From Macrostomum lignano (taxonomy: Eukaryota), in NCBI GenBank assembly GCA_002269645.1, contig NIVC01001810.1:124001-188000 (forward strand): a stretch of DNA of 64,000 bases, written 5' to 3'. Under the pieces are notes generated by a model that saw only the letters and a list, made by a program, of their open reading frames with translations, was not told the DNA's origin and made no database searches. The position numbers and the translations under genes are program-made. Shown one piece after another: positions 1-15,230 of the stretch; position 1 is the first letter of the stretch, and each line of letters opens with the position of its first letter.

Positions 1-2058
1 ATGGGTACTGAGATGGGTACTGAGATAAGCACTGAGATGGGCACTGAGATAAGCACTGAGATGGGCACTGAGATAAGCACTGAGATGGGTACTGAGATAA
101 GCACTGAGATAAGCACTAAGATAGGCACTGAGATAAGCACTGAGATGGGCACTGAGATAAGCACTGAGATGGGCACTGAGATAAGCACTGAGATAAGCAC
201 TGAGATGGGCACTGAGATAAGCACTGAGATAAGCACTGAGATGGGTACTGAGATAAGCATTGAGATGGGCACTGAGATAAGCACTGAGATGGGTACCGAG
301 ATAAGCACTGAGATGGGTACTGAGATAAGCACTGAGATAAGCACTAAGATAGGCACTGAGATAAGCACTGAGATAAGCACTGAGATGGGTACTGAGATAA
401 GCACTGAGATAAGCACTGAGATAAGCATTGAGATGGGTACTGAGATAAGCACTGAGATGGGCACTGAGATAAGCACTGAGATGGGCACTGAGATAAGCAC
501 TGAGATAAGCACTGAGATGGGCACTGAGATAAGCACTGAGATGGGTACTGAGATAAGCATTGAGATGGGCACTGAGATAAGCACTGAGATGGGTACTGAG
601 AAAAGCACTGAGATGGGTACCGAGATAAGCACTGAGATGGGTACTGAGATAAGCACTGAGATGGGTACTGAGATAAGCACTGAGATGGGTACTGAGATAA
701 GCACTGAGATGGGTACTGAGATAAGCACTGAGATAAGCACTGAGAAGGGTACCGAGATAAGCACTGAGATGGGTACTCAGATAAGCACTGAGATGGGTAC
801 TGAGATAAGCACTGAGATGAGCACTGAGATAAGCACTGATATAAGCACTGAGATAAGCACTGAGATGGGTACTGAGATAAGCACTGAGATAAGCACTGAG
901 ATAAGCATTGAGATGGGTACTGAGATAAGCACTGAGATGGGCACTGAGATAAGCACTGAGATGGGCACTGAGATAAGCACTGAGATGAGCACTGAGATAA
1001 GCACTGAGATAAGCACTGAGATGGGCACTGAGATAAGCACTGAGATGGGTACTGAGATAAGCATTGAGATGGGCACTGAGATAAGCACTGAGATAAGCAC
1101 TGAGATGGGTACTGAGATAAGCACTGAGATAAGCACTGAGATGGGTACTGAGATAAGCACTGAGAATGGTACTGAGATAAGCACTGAGAAGGGTACCGAG
1201 ATAAGCACTGAGATGGGTACTCAGATAAGCACTGAGATGGGTACTGAGATAAGCACTGAGATGGGTACTGAGATAAGCACTGAGATGGGCACTGAGATAA
1301 GCACTGAGATGGGTACTGAGATAAGCACTGAGATGAGCACTGAGATAAGCACTGAGATGAGCACTGAGATAAGCACTGAGATGGGTACTGAGATAAGCAC
1401 TGAGATAAGCATTGAGATGGGCACTGAGATAAGCACTGATATAAGCACTGAGATAAGCACTGAGATGGGTACTGAGATAAGCATTGAGATGGGTACTGAG
1501 ATAAGCACTGAGATGGGCACTGAGATAAGCATTGAGATAAGCACTGAGATGGGTACTGAGATAAGCACTGAGATGGGTACTGAGATAAGCACTGAGATGG
1601 GTACTGAGATAAGCACTGAGATGGGTACTGAGATAAGCACTGAGATGGGCACTGAGATAAGCACTGATATAAGCACTGAGATAAGCACTGAGATAAGCAC
1701 TGAGATGGGTACTGAGATAAGCATTGAGATGGGTACTGAGATAAGCACTGAGATGGGCACTGAGATAAGCATTGAGATGGGCATTGGGATGGGTACTGAG
1801 AAAAGCACGGAGATAAGCATTGAGATGGGCACGGAGATAAGCATTGAGATGGGCACTGAGATAAGCACTGAGATAAGCACTGAGATAAGCATTGAGATGG
1901 GCACTGAGATAAGCACTGAGATAAGCATTGAGATGGGCACTGAGATAAGCACTGAGATGAAGTGGGCACTGAGATGAGATGGGCACTGAGATGAAGAGGT
2001 GCACTGAGATGAGATGGGCACTGAGATGAAGTGGGCACTGAGATGAAGTGGGCACTGA
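1..2058. repeat. 12-bp minisatellite (ATAAGCACTGAG / ATGGGYACTGAG variants) filling the intron before the myotubularin exon
   Basis: Interspersed 12-mer variants seen directly; explains the artefactual ORFs 1..1977 and its antisense ORFs. Confidence 0.97.
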
Positions 2059-2081
2059 GAGCGCCCCGGTGCCGGCCGCAG

Positions 2082-3065
2082 GTGCTGGTGGCGGACGCCC
2101 GGCCCTACTCGGCAGCGCTGGGCAACGGCACCATGGGCGGAGGCTACGAGAGGCCGGAGTACTACAGCGGCACGGAGATCGAGTACCTCGGCCTGCCCAA
2201 CCTGCACGCTGTGCGCAACAGCTTCGCCGCCATGCGAGTCCTGCTCAGCGCCGCTGCCCCACCACAGCCCGCCACGCCCGCCTGCCCCGGCTCCGGCCTG
2301 GTGCCAGTCGGCGGCCGAGTCTCCTTGAGCCCGGCTGAGCTGGAGAGCACCGGCTGGCTGCAGCTGGTCTCCAGCCTGCTCAGCGGCGCTGACAGAATCG
2401 CGCAGGTGCTCACTGGCGAGGGCCGCTCAGTGCTGGTGCACTGCTCAGACGGCTGGGACCGGACTCCGCAGCTCACCTGCCTGAGCCTGCTGCTGTGCGA
2501 CCCGCACTACCGCACACTGGCCGGCTTCCGGCTGCTGCTCACCCGCGAATGGCTGGACTTCGGCCACAAGTTCGCCGACAGGTGCGGCAACTCCGCCGGC
2601 TGCGTCAACTCAAAGACTGGCTTCGGCAGCGGCGGCGGCGGAGTCGGTGGCTCCTCGGCTGCAAACAGCAGCAGCAGCAGCAGCGAGAGGTCGCCGATCT
2701 TCCTGCAGTTCCTGGACTGCGCGCACCAGCTGCTGGCGCAGTTCCCGCAGGAGTTCGAGTTCACCGACCTGCTGCTGCGGCGTCTGGCCGTCCACTGCCA
2801 CTCCGGCCTGTTCCCCGCCCTGGCCGCCAACACCGCCGCCGAGCGAGCCGCCCGCGGCCTGTCCGAGCAGTCGCTCTGCCCCTGGCACCTCCTGCGGCTT
2901 CGTGGCGTCTCGAATCCCCGATTCAGCCAGCAGCTGCAGCTCCTGCGGCCAGCCACGGCTCCGTCTGGTCTGCGATTCTGGCGCGAGATGTACGCGCCTG
3001 TGCCCGACCCCCGGCTGGACTGGGACTGCCTGGACTGGGACGGCCTGCCTGCCGACTCGGATGAG
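2082..3065 (+). CDS. MTMR3/4: Myotubularin-related lipid phosphatase (MTMR3/4-like), large catalytic exon; upstream exons lie outside the window
   Basis: Acceptor ccgcag|GTG at 2080-81. Encodes VADARP, GGGYERPEYY, NLHAVRNSF, the catalytic VLVHCSDGWDRTPQ, EWLDFGHKFADRCG and SPIFLQFLDC..Q.FP.EFEF, all MTMR3/4 hallmarks. Probable phase-0 donor GAG|GTTTGT at 3066 (otherwise TGA at 3072-74). Confidence 0.93.
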
Positions 3066-3164
3066 GTTTGTTGAGGGGGCATGTGCGGGATTCGTTTAAT
3101 AGGATTGATTGATTCCGGCGCTTTTGGCCATTTTTCCATGGTAATCCCCGTGTTATTTTAGGGA

Positions 3165-3870
3165 TTTCGCAGGGGAGATTTCCTTCGATACTAGGGATTT
3201 CCTAGGGGAGATTCCTTCGATACTAGGGATTTCCTAGGGGAGATTTCCTTCGATACTAGGGATTTCCTAGGGGAGATTCCTTCGATACTAGGGATTTCCC
3301 AGGGGATATTCCTTCGATACTAGGGATTTCCCAGGGGGGATTCCTTCGATACTAGGGATTTCCCAGGGGAGATTTCCTTCGATACTAGGGATTTCCCAGG
3401 GGAGATTCCTTCGATACTAGGGATTTCCCAGGGGAGATTCCTTCGATACTAGGGATTTTCTAGGGGAGATTCCTTCGATACTAGGGATTTCCTAGGGGAG
3501 ATTCCTACGATACTAGGGATTTCCCAGGGGATATTCCTTCGATACTAGGGATTTCCCAGGGGGATTACTTCGATACTAGGGATTTCCCAGGGGAGATTTC
3601 CTTCGATACTAGGGATTTCCCAGGGGAGATTCCTTCGATACTAGGGATTTCCCAGGGGAGATTCCTTCGATACTAGGGATTTCCCAGGGGAGATTCCTCC
3701 GATGCTAGGGATTTCCCAGTGGAGATTTCTGAGATGTTGGGGATTTCCCAGGAGAGCTTTTTTGAGATGTTGGGGGTTTCCAAGTGGAGTTTCTTTTAGT
3801 GTTAGGGATTTCCCAGTGAGATTCCTTTGATTTTGGGAATTTCCTAGTAGAGATTCCTTTGATTTTGGGG
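3165..3870. repeat. ~30-31-bp minisatellite (GATACTAGGGATTTCCCAGGGGAGATTCCTTC), degenerating to the right
   Basis: About 18 clear tandem copies, then decayed copies. Confidence 0.95.
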
Positions 3871-4482
3871 ATTTCTTAAAAAAAGATTTCATTACTTTTT
3901 AAAATTTACAAGTTAAGTTCTGTTGGAGTGTTTTGGACTGCCTCTGCCCGAAATTCCGCACGTATTGGACTGTTAAAAATTTGTACAAATAACAGGTTTT
4001 ATTATCTAAATGTAAACTTGCCAATGGCGTCTGCTGGCTCTGTGGGCGCACTTGCGCATTTCTATAAATACCCTGCGTCTTCACAGATAGCGGCACACTG
4101 GCGCTTGGCTTTGTCACGTATTGTTCGTCTGTGTGTCTGTCTGTGTGTGTGTCTGTTATCACCCATATCACCGTGTGCTTGTCTGTCTTTTAACTTCTTC
4201 GTCTTGCATGAGGTGGGCGTTGAAGCCAGCTATCTGCGTGCCTCCAGCTCGGGTCTCTGACTAACTTTTTTGTACCAGTGATTTTGCCGCAACTCTGGCG
4301 AGTTTGTTCCGTATTCGATGTGAGATGGTTTGCTGGGAAAATACTGAAAAAAATCTATATTGAGGCGATTCTGCCCAATCCGTTGGCTTCTGAGCACGCA
4401 GGCCCGCACTCGTACACAGCTCACTCCGGGTGTGCAGCGGTCCTGACTTTGCTGTCGTCAGGATGTACACTCTGTGTGCTTT

Positions 4483-5270
4483 TAGTTTAGGTTAGGTTAG
4501 GTTTAGTTTAGGTTAGGTTTAGTTTAGTTTAGGTTTGGTTTAGGTTTGATTTAGTTTGGTTTAGGTTTATTTTAGTTTAGGTATAGTTAAGGTTTGATTT
4601 AGGTTAGGTTAGGTTTTGTTTAGTTTAGTTTAGGTTTGGTTTAGTTTAGTTTAGGTTTGGTTTCGTTTAGGTATAGTTTGGGTTTGGTTTAGTTTAGGTA
4701 TAGTTTAGGTTTGGTTTAGGTTTGGTTTAGTTAAGGTATAGTTTAGGTTTGATTTAGTTTGGTTTAGGTTTATTTTAGTTTAGGTATAGTTAAGGTTTGA
4801 TTTAGTTTAGTTTAGGTTAGGTTAGATTTTGTTTAGGTTAGTTTAGGTTTGGTTTATTTTAGTTTAGGTTTGGTTTAGTTTAGTTTAGGTTTGGTTTCGT
4901 TTAGGTATAGTTTAGGTTTGGTTTAGTTTAGGTATAGTTTAGGTTTGGTTTAGGTTTGGTTTAGGTTTGATTTAGTTTTGTTTAGGTTTATTTTCGTTTA
5001 GGTATAGTCAAGGTTTGATTTAGTTTAGTTTAGGTTAGGTTAGATTTTGTTTAGTTTAGTTTAGGTTTGGTTTATTTTAGTTTAGGTTTGGTTTAGTTTA
5101 GTTTAGGTTTGGTTTCGTTTAGGTATAGTTTAGGTTTGGTTTAGTTTAGGTATAGTTTAGGTTTGGTTTAGGTTTGATTTAGTTTAGTTTAGGTTTATTT
5201 TCGTTTAGGTATAGTTTAGGTTTGATTTAGTTTAGTTTAAGTTTAGTTTAGGTTTAGTCTAGTTTAGGAG
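4483..5270. repeat. Degenerate TTTAG/TTAGG/TTTGG low-complexity satellite with internal block duplications
   Basis: 5-6-nt T-rich units seen directly. Confidence 0.9.
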
Positions 5271-5794
5271 TAGCATAATTCGACCCGTTAACTTCTAGAC
5301 TTCGTAGAGAGAAATTTCGTAAAGAAACTTCAAAACAGTTAGGACTCAAAACTGTATCCGACTTTATTTTAACTCTATCCGACTCACCGGGTAGACTTTA
5401 TCCAACTCAAACACCATTTACTTTGTCAAAACTTCCATCCCGTTAGACTTATTTAACATTTGGAAAACCCCTATGCTCATTGGACTGTTAAAATTATATT
5501 GTCCATAAATATCAATCAAGCATTTTAGATCAACAGAAAAGACATTGAAAAGTGCAGTTTAAAAAGATATAAGAAAGAATGAGAAGCACAAGTAGGCGTG
5601 ATGTTTCTTTCCAGATTTGTGTTTAAATTCAAATCAAGCACAGAATATAAACACAACACGTACACAAGGATTTCTCATCTCACATGGCCAATTATTATAA
5701 CGTCAGTTGAAAGCTGTTTAAAGCTGAAACACTGTTTATCGCTCAGCGTTTTAGCCGTAGACTATAAATTTTATGAGATCGTTTTTGAACTTCC

Positions 5795-7715
5795 CCCAGA
5801 CAGCAAGCATCACCCAGACAGCAAGCATCCCCCAGACAGCAAGCATCACCCAGACAGCAGGCATCACCCAGACAGCAAGCATCCCCCAGACAGCAAGCAT
5901 CCCCCAGACAGCAAGCATCCCCCAGACAGCAAGCATCACCCAGACAGCAAGCATCCCCAGACAGCAGGCATCCCCCAGACAGCAAGCATCCCCCAGACAG
6001 CAAGCATCCCCCAGACAGCAGGCATCCCCCAGACAGCAAGCATCCCCCAGACAGCAAGCATCCCCCAGACAGCAAGCATCCCCCAGACAGCAAGCATCCC
6101 CCAGACAGCAAGCATCCCCCAGACAGCAAGCATCCCCCAGACAGCAAGCATCCCCCAGACAGCAAGCATCCCCCAGACAGCAGGCATCCCCCAGACAGCA
6201 AGCATCCCCCAGACAGCAAGCATCCCCCAGACAGCAAGCATCCCCCAGACAGCAAGCATCACCCAGACAGCAAGCATCCCCCAGACAGCAAGCATCCCCC
6301 AGACAGCAAGCATCCCCCAGACAGCAAGCATCCCCCCAGACAGCAAGCATCCCCCAGACAGCAAGCATCCCCCAGACAGCAAGCATCCCCCAGACAGCAA
6401 GCATCACCCAGACAGCAAGCATCCCCCAGACAGCAAGCATCCCCCAGACAGCAAGCATCCCCCAGACAGCAAGCATCCCCCCAGACAGCAAGCATCCCCC
6501 AGACAGCAAGCATCCCCAGACAGCAAGCATCCCCCAGACAGCAAGCATCCCCCAGACAGCAAGCATCCCCCAGACAGCAAGCATCCCCCAGACAGCAAGC
6601 ATCCCCCAGACAGCAGGCATCCCCAGACAGCAAGCATCCCCCAGACAGCAAGCATCCCCAGACAGCAAGCATCCCCCAGACAGCAAGCATCCCCCAGACA
6701 GCAAGCATCCCCCAGACAGCAAGCATCCCCCAGACAGCAGGCATCTCCCAGACAGCAAGCATCCCCAGACAGCAAGCATCCCCCAGACAGCAAGCATCCC
6801 CCAGACAGCAAGCATCCCCAGACAGCAAGCATCCCCCAGACAGCAAGCATCCCCAGACAGCAAGCATCCCCCAGACAGCAAGCATCCCCCAGACAGCAAG
6901 CATCCCCCAGACAGCAGGCATCCCCCAGACAGCAAGCATCCCCCAGACAGCAAGCATCCCCAGACAGCAAGCATCCCCCAGACAGCAAGCATCCCCCAGA
7001 CAGCAAGCATCCCCAGACAGCAAGCATCCCCCAGACAGCAAGCATCCCCCAGACAGCAAGCATCCCCCAGACAGCAGGCATCCCCCAGACAGCAAGCATC
7101 CCCCAGACAGCAAGCATCCCCAGACAGCAAGCATCCCCCAGACAGCAAGCATCCCCAGACAGCAAGCATCCCCCAGACAGCAAGCATCCCCAGACAGCAA
7201 GCATCCCCCAGACAGCAGGCATCCCCCAGACAGCAAGCATCCCCCAGACAGCAAGCATCCCCCAGACAGCAAGCATCCCCCAGACAGCAAGCATCCCCCA
7301 GACAGCAGGCATCCCCAGACAGCAAGCATCCCCAGACAGCAAGCATCCCCAGACAGCAAGCATCCCCAGACAGCAAGCATCCCCCAGACAGCAAGCATCC
7401 CCCAGACAGCAAGCATCATTCAGACAGCAAGCATCCCCCAGACAGCAAGCATCCCCCAGACAGCAAGCATCCCCCAGACAGCAGGCATCCCCCAGACAGC
7501 AAGCATCCCCCAGACAGCAAGCATCCCCCAGACAGCAGGCATCCCCCAGACAGCAAGCATCCCCCAGACAGCAAGCATCCCCAGACAGCAAGCATCCCCC
7601 AGACAGCAAGCATCCCCCAGACAGCAAGCATCCCCCAGACAGCAAGCATCATTCAGACAGCAAGCATCCCCCAGACAGCAAGCATCACCCAAACAGCAAG
7701 CATCCCCCAGACAGC
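5795..7715. repeat. 17-19-bp minisatellite (CCCCCAGACAGCAAGCAT) with variable C-run length
   Basis: Roughly 100 tandem copies; frame-shifting ORFs in all frames are artefacts. Confidence 0.97.
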
Positions 7716-8128
7716 ACGCAGCCACTAAGCATTTCTCTCCCTTGCATATACTATTTGTGGCGCAATACCTCAATTCTTTTAAAGTGCACAGGCTGATGTC
7801 TCACTCATGCAAAAAGCGCTGCATTTACTCGTATTTAATTATTTATCGCTCGTAGCATCAGCTCAGGAAGTTGAAGTTTAGTCTATGGCCATAGACGCAT
7901 TATTATTTTTCGAGCTCTCACTGCGAGAAGAATACACTAATTAGATAGGGAAAACACAGTTTTTCGAGTATTAAACCCGTCCCGGGCACATTTGACATCT
8001 TTTGGTGAAGAAACGGAGAAAATTGGTCGGGCCAATCGGCTTAAAACGTGAAATTTCTGGACAAACAAACATTTAGTTTAGGAAGGCACTGATTTATCCG
8101 CATCACTCTGCCTACTCCCCATCCCCAG

Positions 8129-8296
8129 GCAAAGCTCTCAGAGCTTTCCAGCCAGCTCTCCCAGCTCAGCTCGAGTCCCCGGCAGCCGAGCAGCAGTGAC
8201 CAGCCGGAGCGCAGACCAGAAGCCGCCGAAGAAGACTCGGTTCTGCAACAGCCGCCCCCGCCTTCACCGGACGGTCGCATAGCGGTGCAGTCCTGA
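8129..8296 (+). CDS. Putative terminal exon of the myotubularin gene (short coiled-coil-like AKLSELSSQLSQL plus low-complexity tail)
   Basis: Pyrimidine tract + ccccag|GCA; 55 codons to TGA; phase 0 matches the donor at 3066. It follows the DGLP..DE motif that precedes the coiled coil in MTMR3/4. Confidence 0.5.
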   Translation, partial: AKLSELSSQLSQLSSSPRQPSSSDQPERRPEAAEEDSVLQQPPPPSPDGRIAVQS

Positions 8297-8529
8297 GTTC
8301 GAGCCCTCCGCTCCGATTCCTAAAGGCTTTCACTGTTAGTTATAAACAAATCCCCCTTCATTGAATTGCTTTGAAAAGCAGACTGAACGGTGGTTGGACT
8401 TTGCCGCGTGATTCATTATAAATAATTCGAATATCTATCTATTCGCCGACATATTCGCCCAATGCTACTTCTTATCAGTAGGTTAGGTAGGCTTGTTTTT
8501 CTAATTTTTTATTTAAAGCATTTTGCCAG

Positions 8530-9867
8530 CTAGTAAGAGAGCTTGCAAACCAGCAAATGAATCCAATGACAGTTTTTACCATAGACAGCAGGCAGAGATC
8601 TGCTAGCTTGCTTGCGAACAAGCAAATGAATCCAATGACAGTTTTTACCATAGACAGCAGGCAGAGATCTGCTAGCTTGTTTGCGAACAAGCAAATGAAT
8701 CCAATGACAGTTTTTACCATAGACAGCAGGCAGAGATCTGCTAGCTTGTTTGCGAACAAGCAAATGAATCCAATGACAGTTTTTACCATAGACAGCAGGC
8801 AGAGATCTGCTAGCTTGCTTGCGAACCAGCAAATGAATCCAATGACAGTTTTTACCATAGACAGCAGGCAGAGATCTGCTAGCTTGCTTGCGAACCAGCA
8901 AATGAATCCAATGACAGTTTTTACCATAGACAGCAGGCAGAGATCTGCTAGCTTGCTTGCGAACCAGCAAATGAATCCAATGACAGTTTTTACCATAGAC
9001 AGCAGGCAGAGATCTGCTAGCTTGCTTGCGAACCAGCAAATGAATCCAATGACACAGTTTTTACCATAGACAGCAGGCAGAGATCTGCTAGCTTGTTTGC
9101 GAACCAGCAAATGAATCCAATGACACAGTTTTTACCATAGACAGCAGGCAGAGATCTGCTAGCTTGTTTGCGAACAAGCAAATGAATCCAATGACACAGT
9201 TTTTACCATAGACAGCAGGCAGAGATCTGCTAGCTTGTTTGCGAACAAGCAAATGAATCCAATGACAGTTTTTACCATAGACAGCAGGCAGAGATCTGCT
9301 AGCTTGTTTGCGAACAAGCAAATGAATCCAATGACAGTTTTTACCATAGACAGCAGGCAGAGATCTGCTAGCTTGCTTGCGAACCAGCAAATGAATCCAA
9401 TGACAGTTTTTACCATAGACAGCAGGCAGAGATCTGCTAGCTTGCTTGCGAACCAGCAAATGAATCCAATGACAGTTTTTACCATAGACAGCAGGCAGAG
9501 ATCTGCTAGCTTGCTTGCGAACCAGCAAATGAATCCAATGACAGTTTTTACCATAGACAGCAGGCAGAGATCTGCTAGCTTGCTTGCGAACCAGCAAATG
9601 AATCCAATGACACAGTTTTTACCATAGACAGCAGGCAGAGATCTGCTAGCTTGTTTGCGAACCAGCAAATGAATCCAATGACACAGTTTTTACCATAGAC
9701 AGCAGGCAGAGATCTGCTAGCTTGTTTGCGAACAAGCAAATGAATCCAATGACACAGTTTTTACCATAGACAGCAGGCAGAGATCTGCTAGCTTGTTTGC
9801 GAACAAGCAAATGAATCCAATGACACAGTTTTTACCATAGACAGCAGGCAGAGATCTGCTAGCTTGT
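8530..9867. repeat. 69/71-bp minisatellite (CAAATGAATCCAATGACAGTTTTTACCATAGACAGCAGGCAGAGATCTGCTAGCTTGYTTGCGAACMAG)
   Basis: About 19 near-identical copies; 71-bp variant has an extra CA. Confidence 0.97.
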
Positions 9868-10249
9868 AAAATGCTGTTATTATGGCTTTTTGCAGTCCAC
9901 TTGAGCTTTATAACTAGCCGTTTCATTTTAATGAAAATTGCTCTCTGTGTCTATCCTAATTATTTCACCTGCGACCGGCTTATCGGTCTGAGCTGGCGAT
10001 AAAATATTCCATCATGTTCGATTCGTATATAAATGCCGATCGCTGTTGGCGTGCGCTCTCCCGGGTTCGAGTCCCGCGGGCGCGTCTATCCGTTTTATTG
10101 TGGAATTGGATTGCTATTTTTATTTTACTTTGTTTTAATCAGTTCACTTTGCTCACCTGATCCGCTTGCTGGCACCTCACCTGGTCTCACCCTTTGTCTT
10201 TGCCCTGCATCTCCTCCCTTGTTGGCTCTCTTCATCCTTTGCCACCTCT

Positions 10250-12120
<1,871 letters not shown>

Positions 12121-12936
12121 CCTTTCTTTCCCCAGCCTCTTAGCCTCATCAAGTTGCTATAGAAAATATATTATTTACAGTTTCCTCATTTCTACACGCG
12201 GCCGTCGAGTTTGCTGTTTCTCGCGCGCTCTTTGAGCCGCGTCCTCCGCACCCGCGATTTTATTATGATTGCACCCGAGACTGACAGACGCCTGTCATCC
12301 GCAACTCGTCAACATTGACGCGACTCTTTAGAGATTAAAAAAACGTTTTGAAATAGATTATATATGGATTTAGAGTGTATTATACAATTCAGATTTTTCG
12401 AACCTGATTTTATTGAGAATAAAAAACTGTAATTTGTCTTGCCTTAGTCTGTTTCACTGAGTTTTACATGGAATTTTCGAAATACCCGTATCCCGAAATC
12501 CAGAAATTTACAGAATCCCGAATTCCGAAATCCAGATATTTACAGAATCCCAAACTCAAGATCCCAGATCCCATGACCACTATCGTCAGAATCTGGATCC
12601 CAGAATTTCGAAAATCGAATTCCCCATGAATTCCCAAATCCTCAGATTATTAAATTCCAAAATCTCCAACCAAAACAGCAGACTCCCCTATAATCTAAGA
12701 TTATTCCCCAGTATTTATCCCCATCCCAGGAATTTGAACCGCCTTGCACCCGTCATAAAAATCCCAATCCATCGAATTTGATGTTTTGATCCTCCACTTC
12801 CATCCCACAGTCTTCGCGCACTTTTAGCCAGTCTGCAGGTAAAAAGCCTGACTAATTGGGACCCGGAGACGGCTCAAGCCCCCCTCCCCCCCCGCAACCC
12901 TCTGCACTCCAGGCCTCTTCATTCGCCAGCTCTCCT

Positions 12937-13118
12937 CACGATGCCATGACCTGCATGTGCTGTTCACGATGCCATGACCTGCATGTGCTTTTCACGATGC
13001 CATGACCTGCATGTTCTGTTCACGATGCCATGACCTGCATGTGCTTTTCACGATGCCATGACCTGCATGTGCTGTTCACGATGCCATGACCTGCATGTGC
13101 TGTTCACGATGCCATGAC
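12937..13118. repeat. 28-bp minisatellite (CACGATGCCATGACCTGCATGTGCTGTT), ~6.5 copies
   Basis: Unit starts at 12937 and 12965. Confidence 0.93.
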
Positions 13119-13247
13119 CGGCTCAGCAGCTCTGACTCTGCTCTGAGTTTTGACTGGGAGACCGCGCGACTTGAGTTGGGAGAATTACGGGATTGAGAAT
13201 AAGTTTTGAACTGGTGTTTTGCATCCTCAGCGGCTAAGCCACCACCG

Positions 13248-13670
13248 CCAGCCTCCCAGATCCCCAGTTGCTGGGCCAGCCTCTCAGATCCCCAGTTGCT
13301 AGGCCAGCTTCCCAGATCCTCAGTTGCTGGGCCAGCCTCCCAGATCCCCAGTTGCTAGGCCAGCTTCCCAGATCCTCAGTTGCTGGGCCAGCCTCCCAGA
13401 TCCTCAGTTGCTGGGCCAGCCTCCAGATCCCCAGTTGCTGGGCCAGCCTCCCAGATCCCCAGTTGCTGGGCCAGCCTCCCAGATCCTCAGTTGCTGGGCC
13501 AGCCTCCCAGATCCTCAGTTGCTGGGCCAGCCTCCCAGATCCCCAGTTGCTGGGCCAGCCTCCCAGATCCTCAGTTGCTGGGCCAGCCTCCCAGATCCCC
13601 AGTTGCTGGGCCAGCCTCCCAGATCCCCAGTTGCTGGGCAACCACCACCAGCCTCTCAGATCCTCAGGCT
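13248..13670. repeat. 28-bp minisatellite (CCAGCCTCCCAGATCCYCAGTTGCTGGG)
   Basis: About 14 tandem copies. Confidence 0.94.
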
Positions 13671-14182
13671 TCTCTGGCATCCCCAGTCTCCAAAATGTAC
13701 TTTAGAAGGAAGTCTTTCTGCTCGGTTCCCCATCTCGGCTACCTGGGTTCGTGCGCGGACTTGGGGATCGGGGCATCCCGAGATCGGCCCACTCGGCCGC
13801 CGAATTCATCAGTCGGAATTTTAATCACAGACCGAATAATGAAAGCCCCTGGCCCTCGGTCACGTCTCCTCTTCGGACTTCACCGCTGGCTGGGAGGAAA
13901 AAAGGAATATAAATTAGCATTTTTTATCCCCAAATCATTATTTTCCTTCACGCAGCGGGAGATATCCCCCCGGCCCGGGGACTTTGGGAGAATTTTCCCA
14001 CGACAAGCCTGAGAACTACATGAAAGACAAACCAACCCAGAAAAATCTGTGGGGCCTCCCCGTTCCATCAAAAAAGTTGAATGCCAACTGGGACAGGGGA
14101 AGGAGGGATCAAATCCTCTTTCCTCCTCTCTTCCTCTTTCCCGAATCCTCTCGGCTTGTCTTCTGCCTTGAGAATTTGGCCA

Positions 14183-14196
14183 GTTGCCATGGCAAC
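14183..14196. promoter_or_regulatory. Perfect palindromic RFX X-box (GTTGCCATGGCAAC)
   Basis: Exact match to the RFX/DAF-19 consensus; target gene not identified. Confidence 0.45.
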
Positions 14197-14949
14197 CGCA
14201 CAGGGAAGCTGCGCTGCTATCCTGGCCCTCCCCTTCCCGGTGCTTCCCCGAACTCTGCGGGGGCAGAGAGACGGGAAAATCTTCCCGACCCTCTGGGACG
14301 GAGCGGTGCGCGTGTCTGCTGATGGGCAGCAGGTCGGCTGCCTAATTAGTGCACTCAGGCACTGCTGCACTGTCTGTCACTCACCTGTGTGAGGTGTGAG
14401 GAATGGTTGAGACTCACTATTATTATTCGAGAGATTGCCAGCTCAACAATAAGTTTTTGATTTGGTTAATGAGTGAGTGAGTGAGTAAGTATATGAGTGA
14501 GATTATGAGTGAGGTTTTAAGTGAGTTCATCAGTACAACACCAGCCACATAGCTACTGGGTGTTACATATGAGTGAGTGAGTTGTCCTTGATTCGCATCT
14601 CCCTCTGCACAGCGCTGGTGGCCCGAGACTCCACAGCCCTTGGCTATCGGATTTCCAGCTGAGGTTGTCGCGTCGCGGCCTGGCTGAGAGAACAATGGGC
14701 AGCTCAACGGCCCTGAGGCAGCTCAGAGCCAGATTGAAGTTTGCGGAGCTCCGGAGAGGCGAAAATGGGAAATTAAAGGGGGCGGGCGGGAGAGAACGGA
14801 ACTTCGGGACACGGCGAAATTTGAGACAAAAATAGATCTGACAGCACTGAGGCTGGGGTGCAGGCTGGGCAGCTGGGGAGATGGCCGGGGATCTGCGGCG
14901 AGACAGGGAGCTGGGAGTTTGGGAAGGAAATGGGAAAGGAGAAGGATGC

Positions 14950-15230
14950 GGGAGACAGAGAGATGCAGAGGGAGACAGAGAGATGCAGAGGGAGACAGAG
15001 AGATGCAGAGGGAGACGGGGAGATGCAGAGGGAGACGGGGAGATTCAGAGGGAGACAGAGAGATGCAGAGGGAGTCTGAGAGATGCAGAGGGAGACAGAG
15101 AGATGCAGAGGGAGACGGGGAGATTCAGAGGGAGACAGAGAGATGCAGAGGGAGTCTGAGAGATGCAGAGGGAGACAGAGAGATGCAGAGGGAGACGGGG
15201 AGATTCAGAGGGAGTCTGAGAGATGCTGAG
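14950..15230. repeat. 20-bp minisatellite (GAGATGCAGAGGGAGACAGA)
   Basis: Tandem copies with GGG/TCT variants. Confidence 0.92.

Noticed and set aside
1-1977. 658-aa EISTEMGT ORF and the other long repetitive ORFs ([34 protein letters not shown])
   Set aside because: Translations of intronic minisatellites, open in several frames and strands only because the units lack stops.
4483-5270. TTAGG-like tract as an interstitial telomere
   Set aside because: Mostly TTTAG/TTTGG with few true telomeric units; degenerate satellite.
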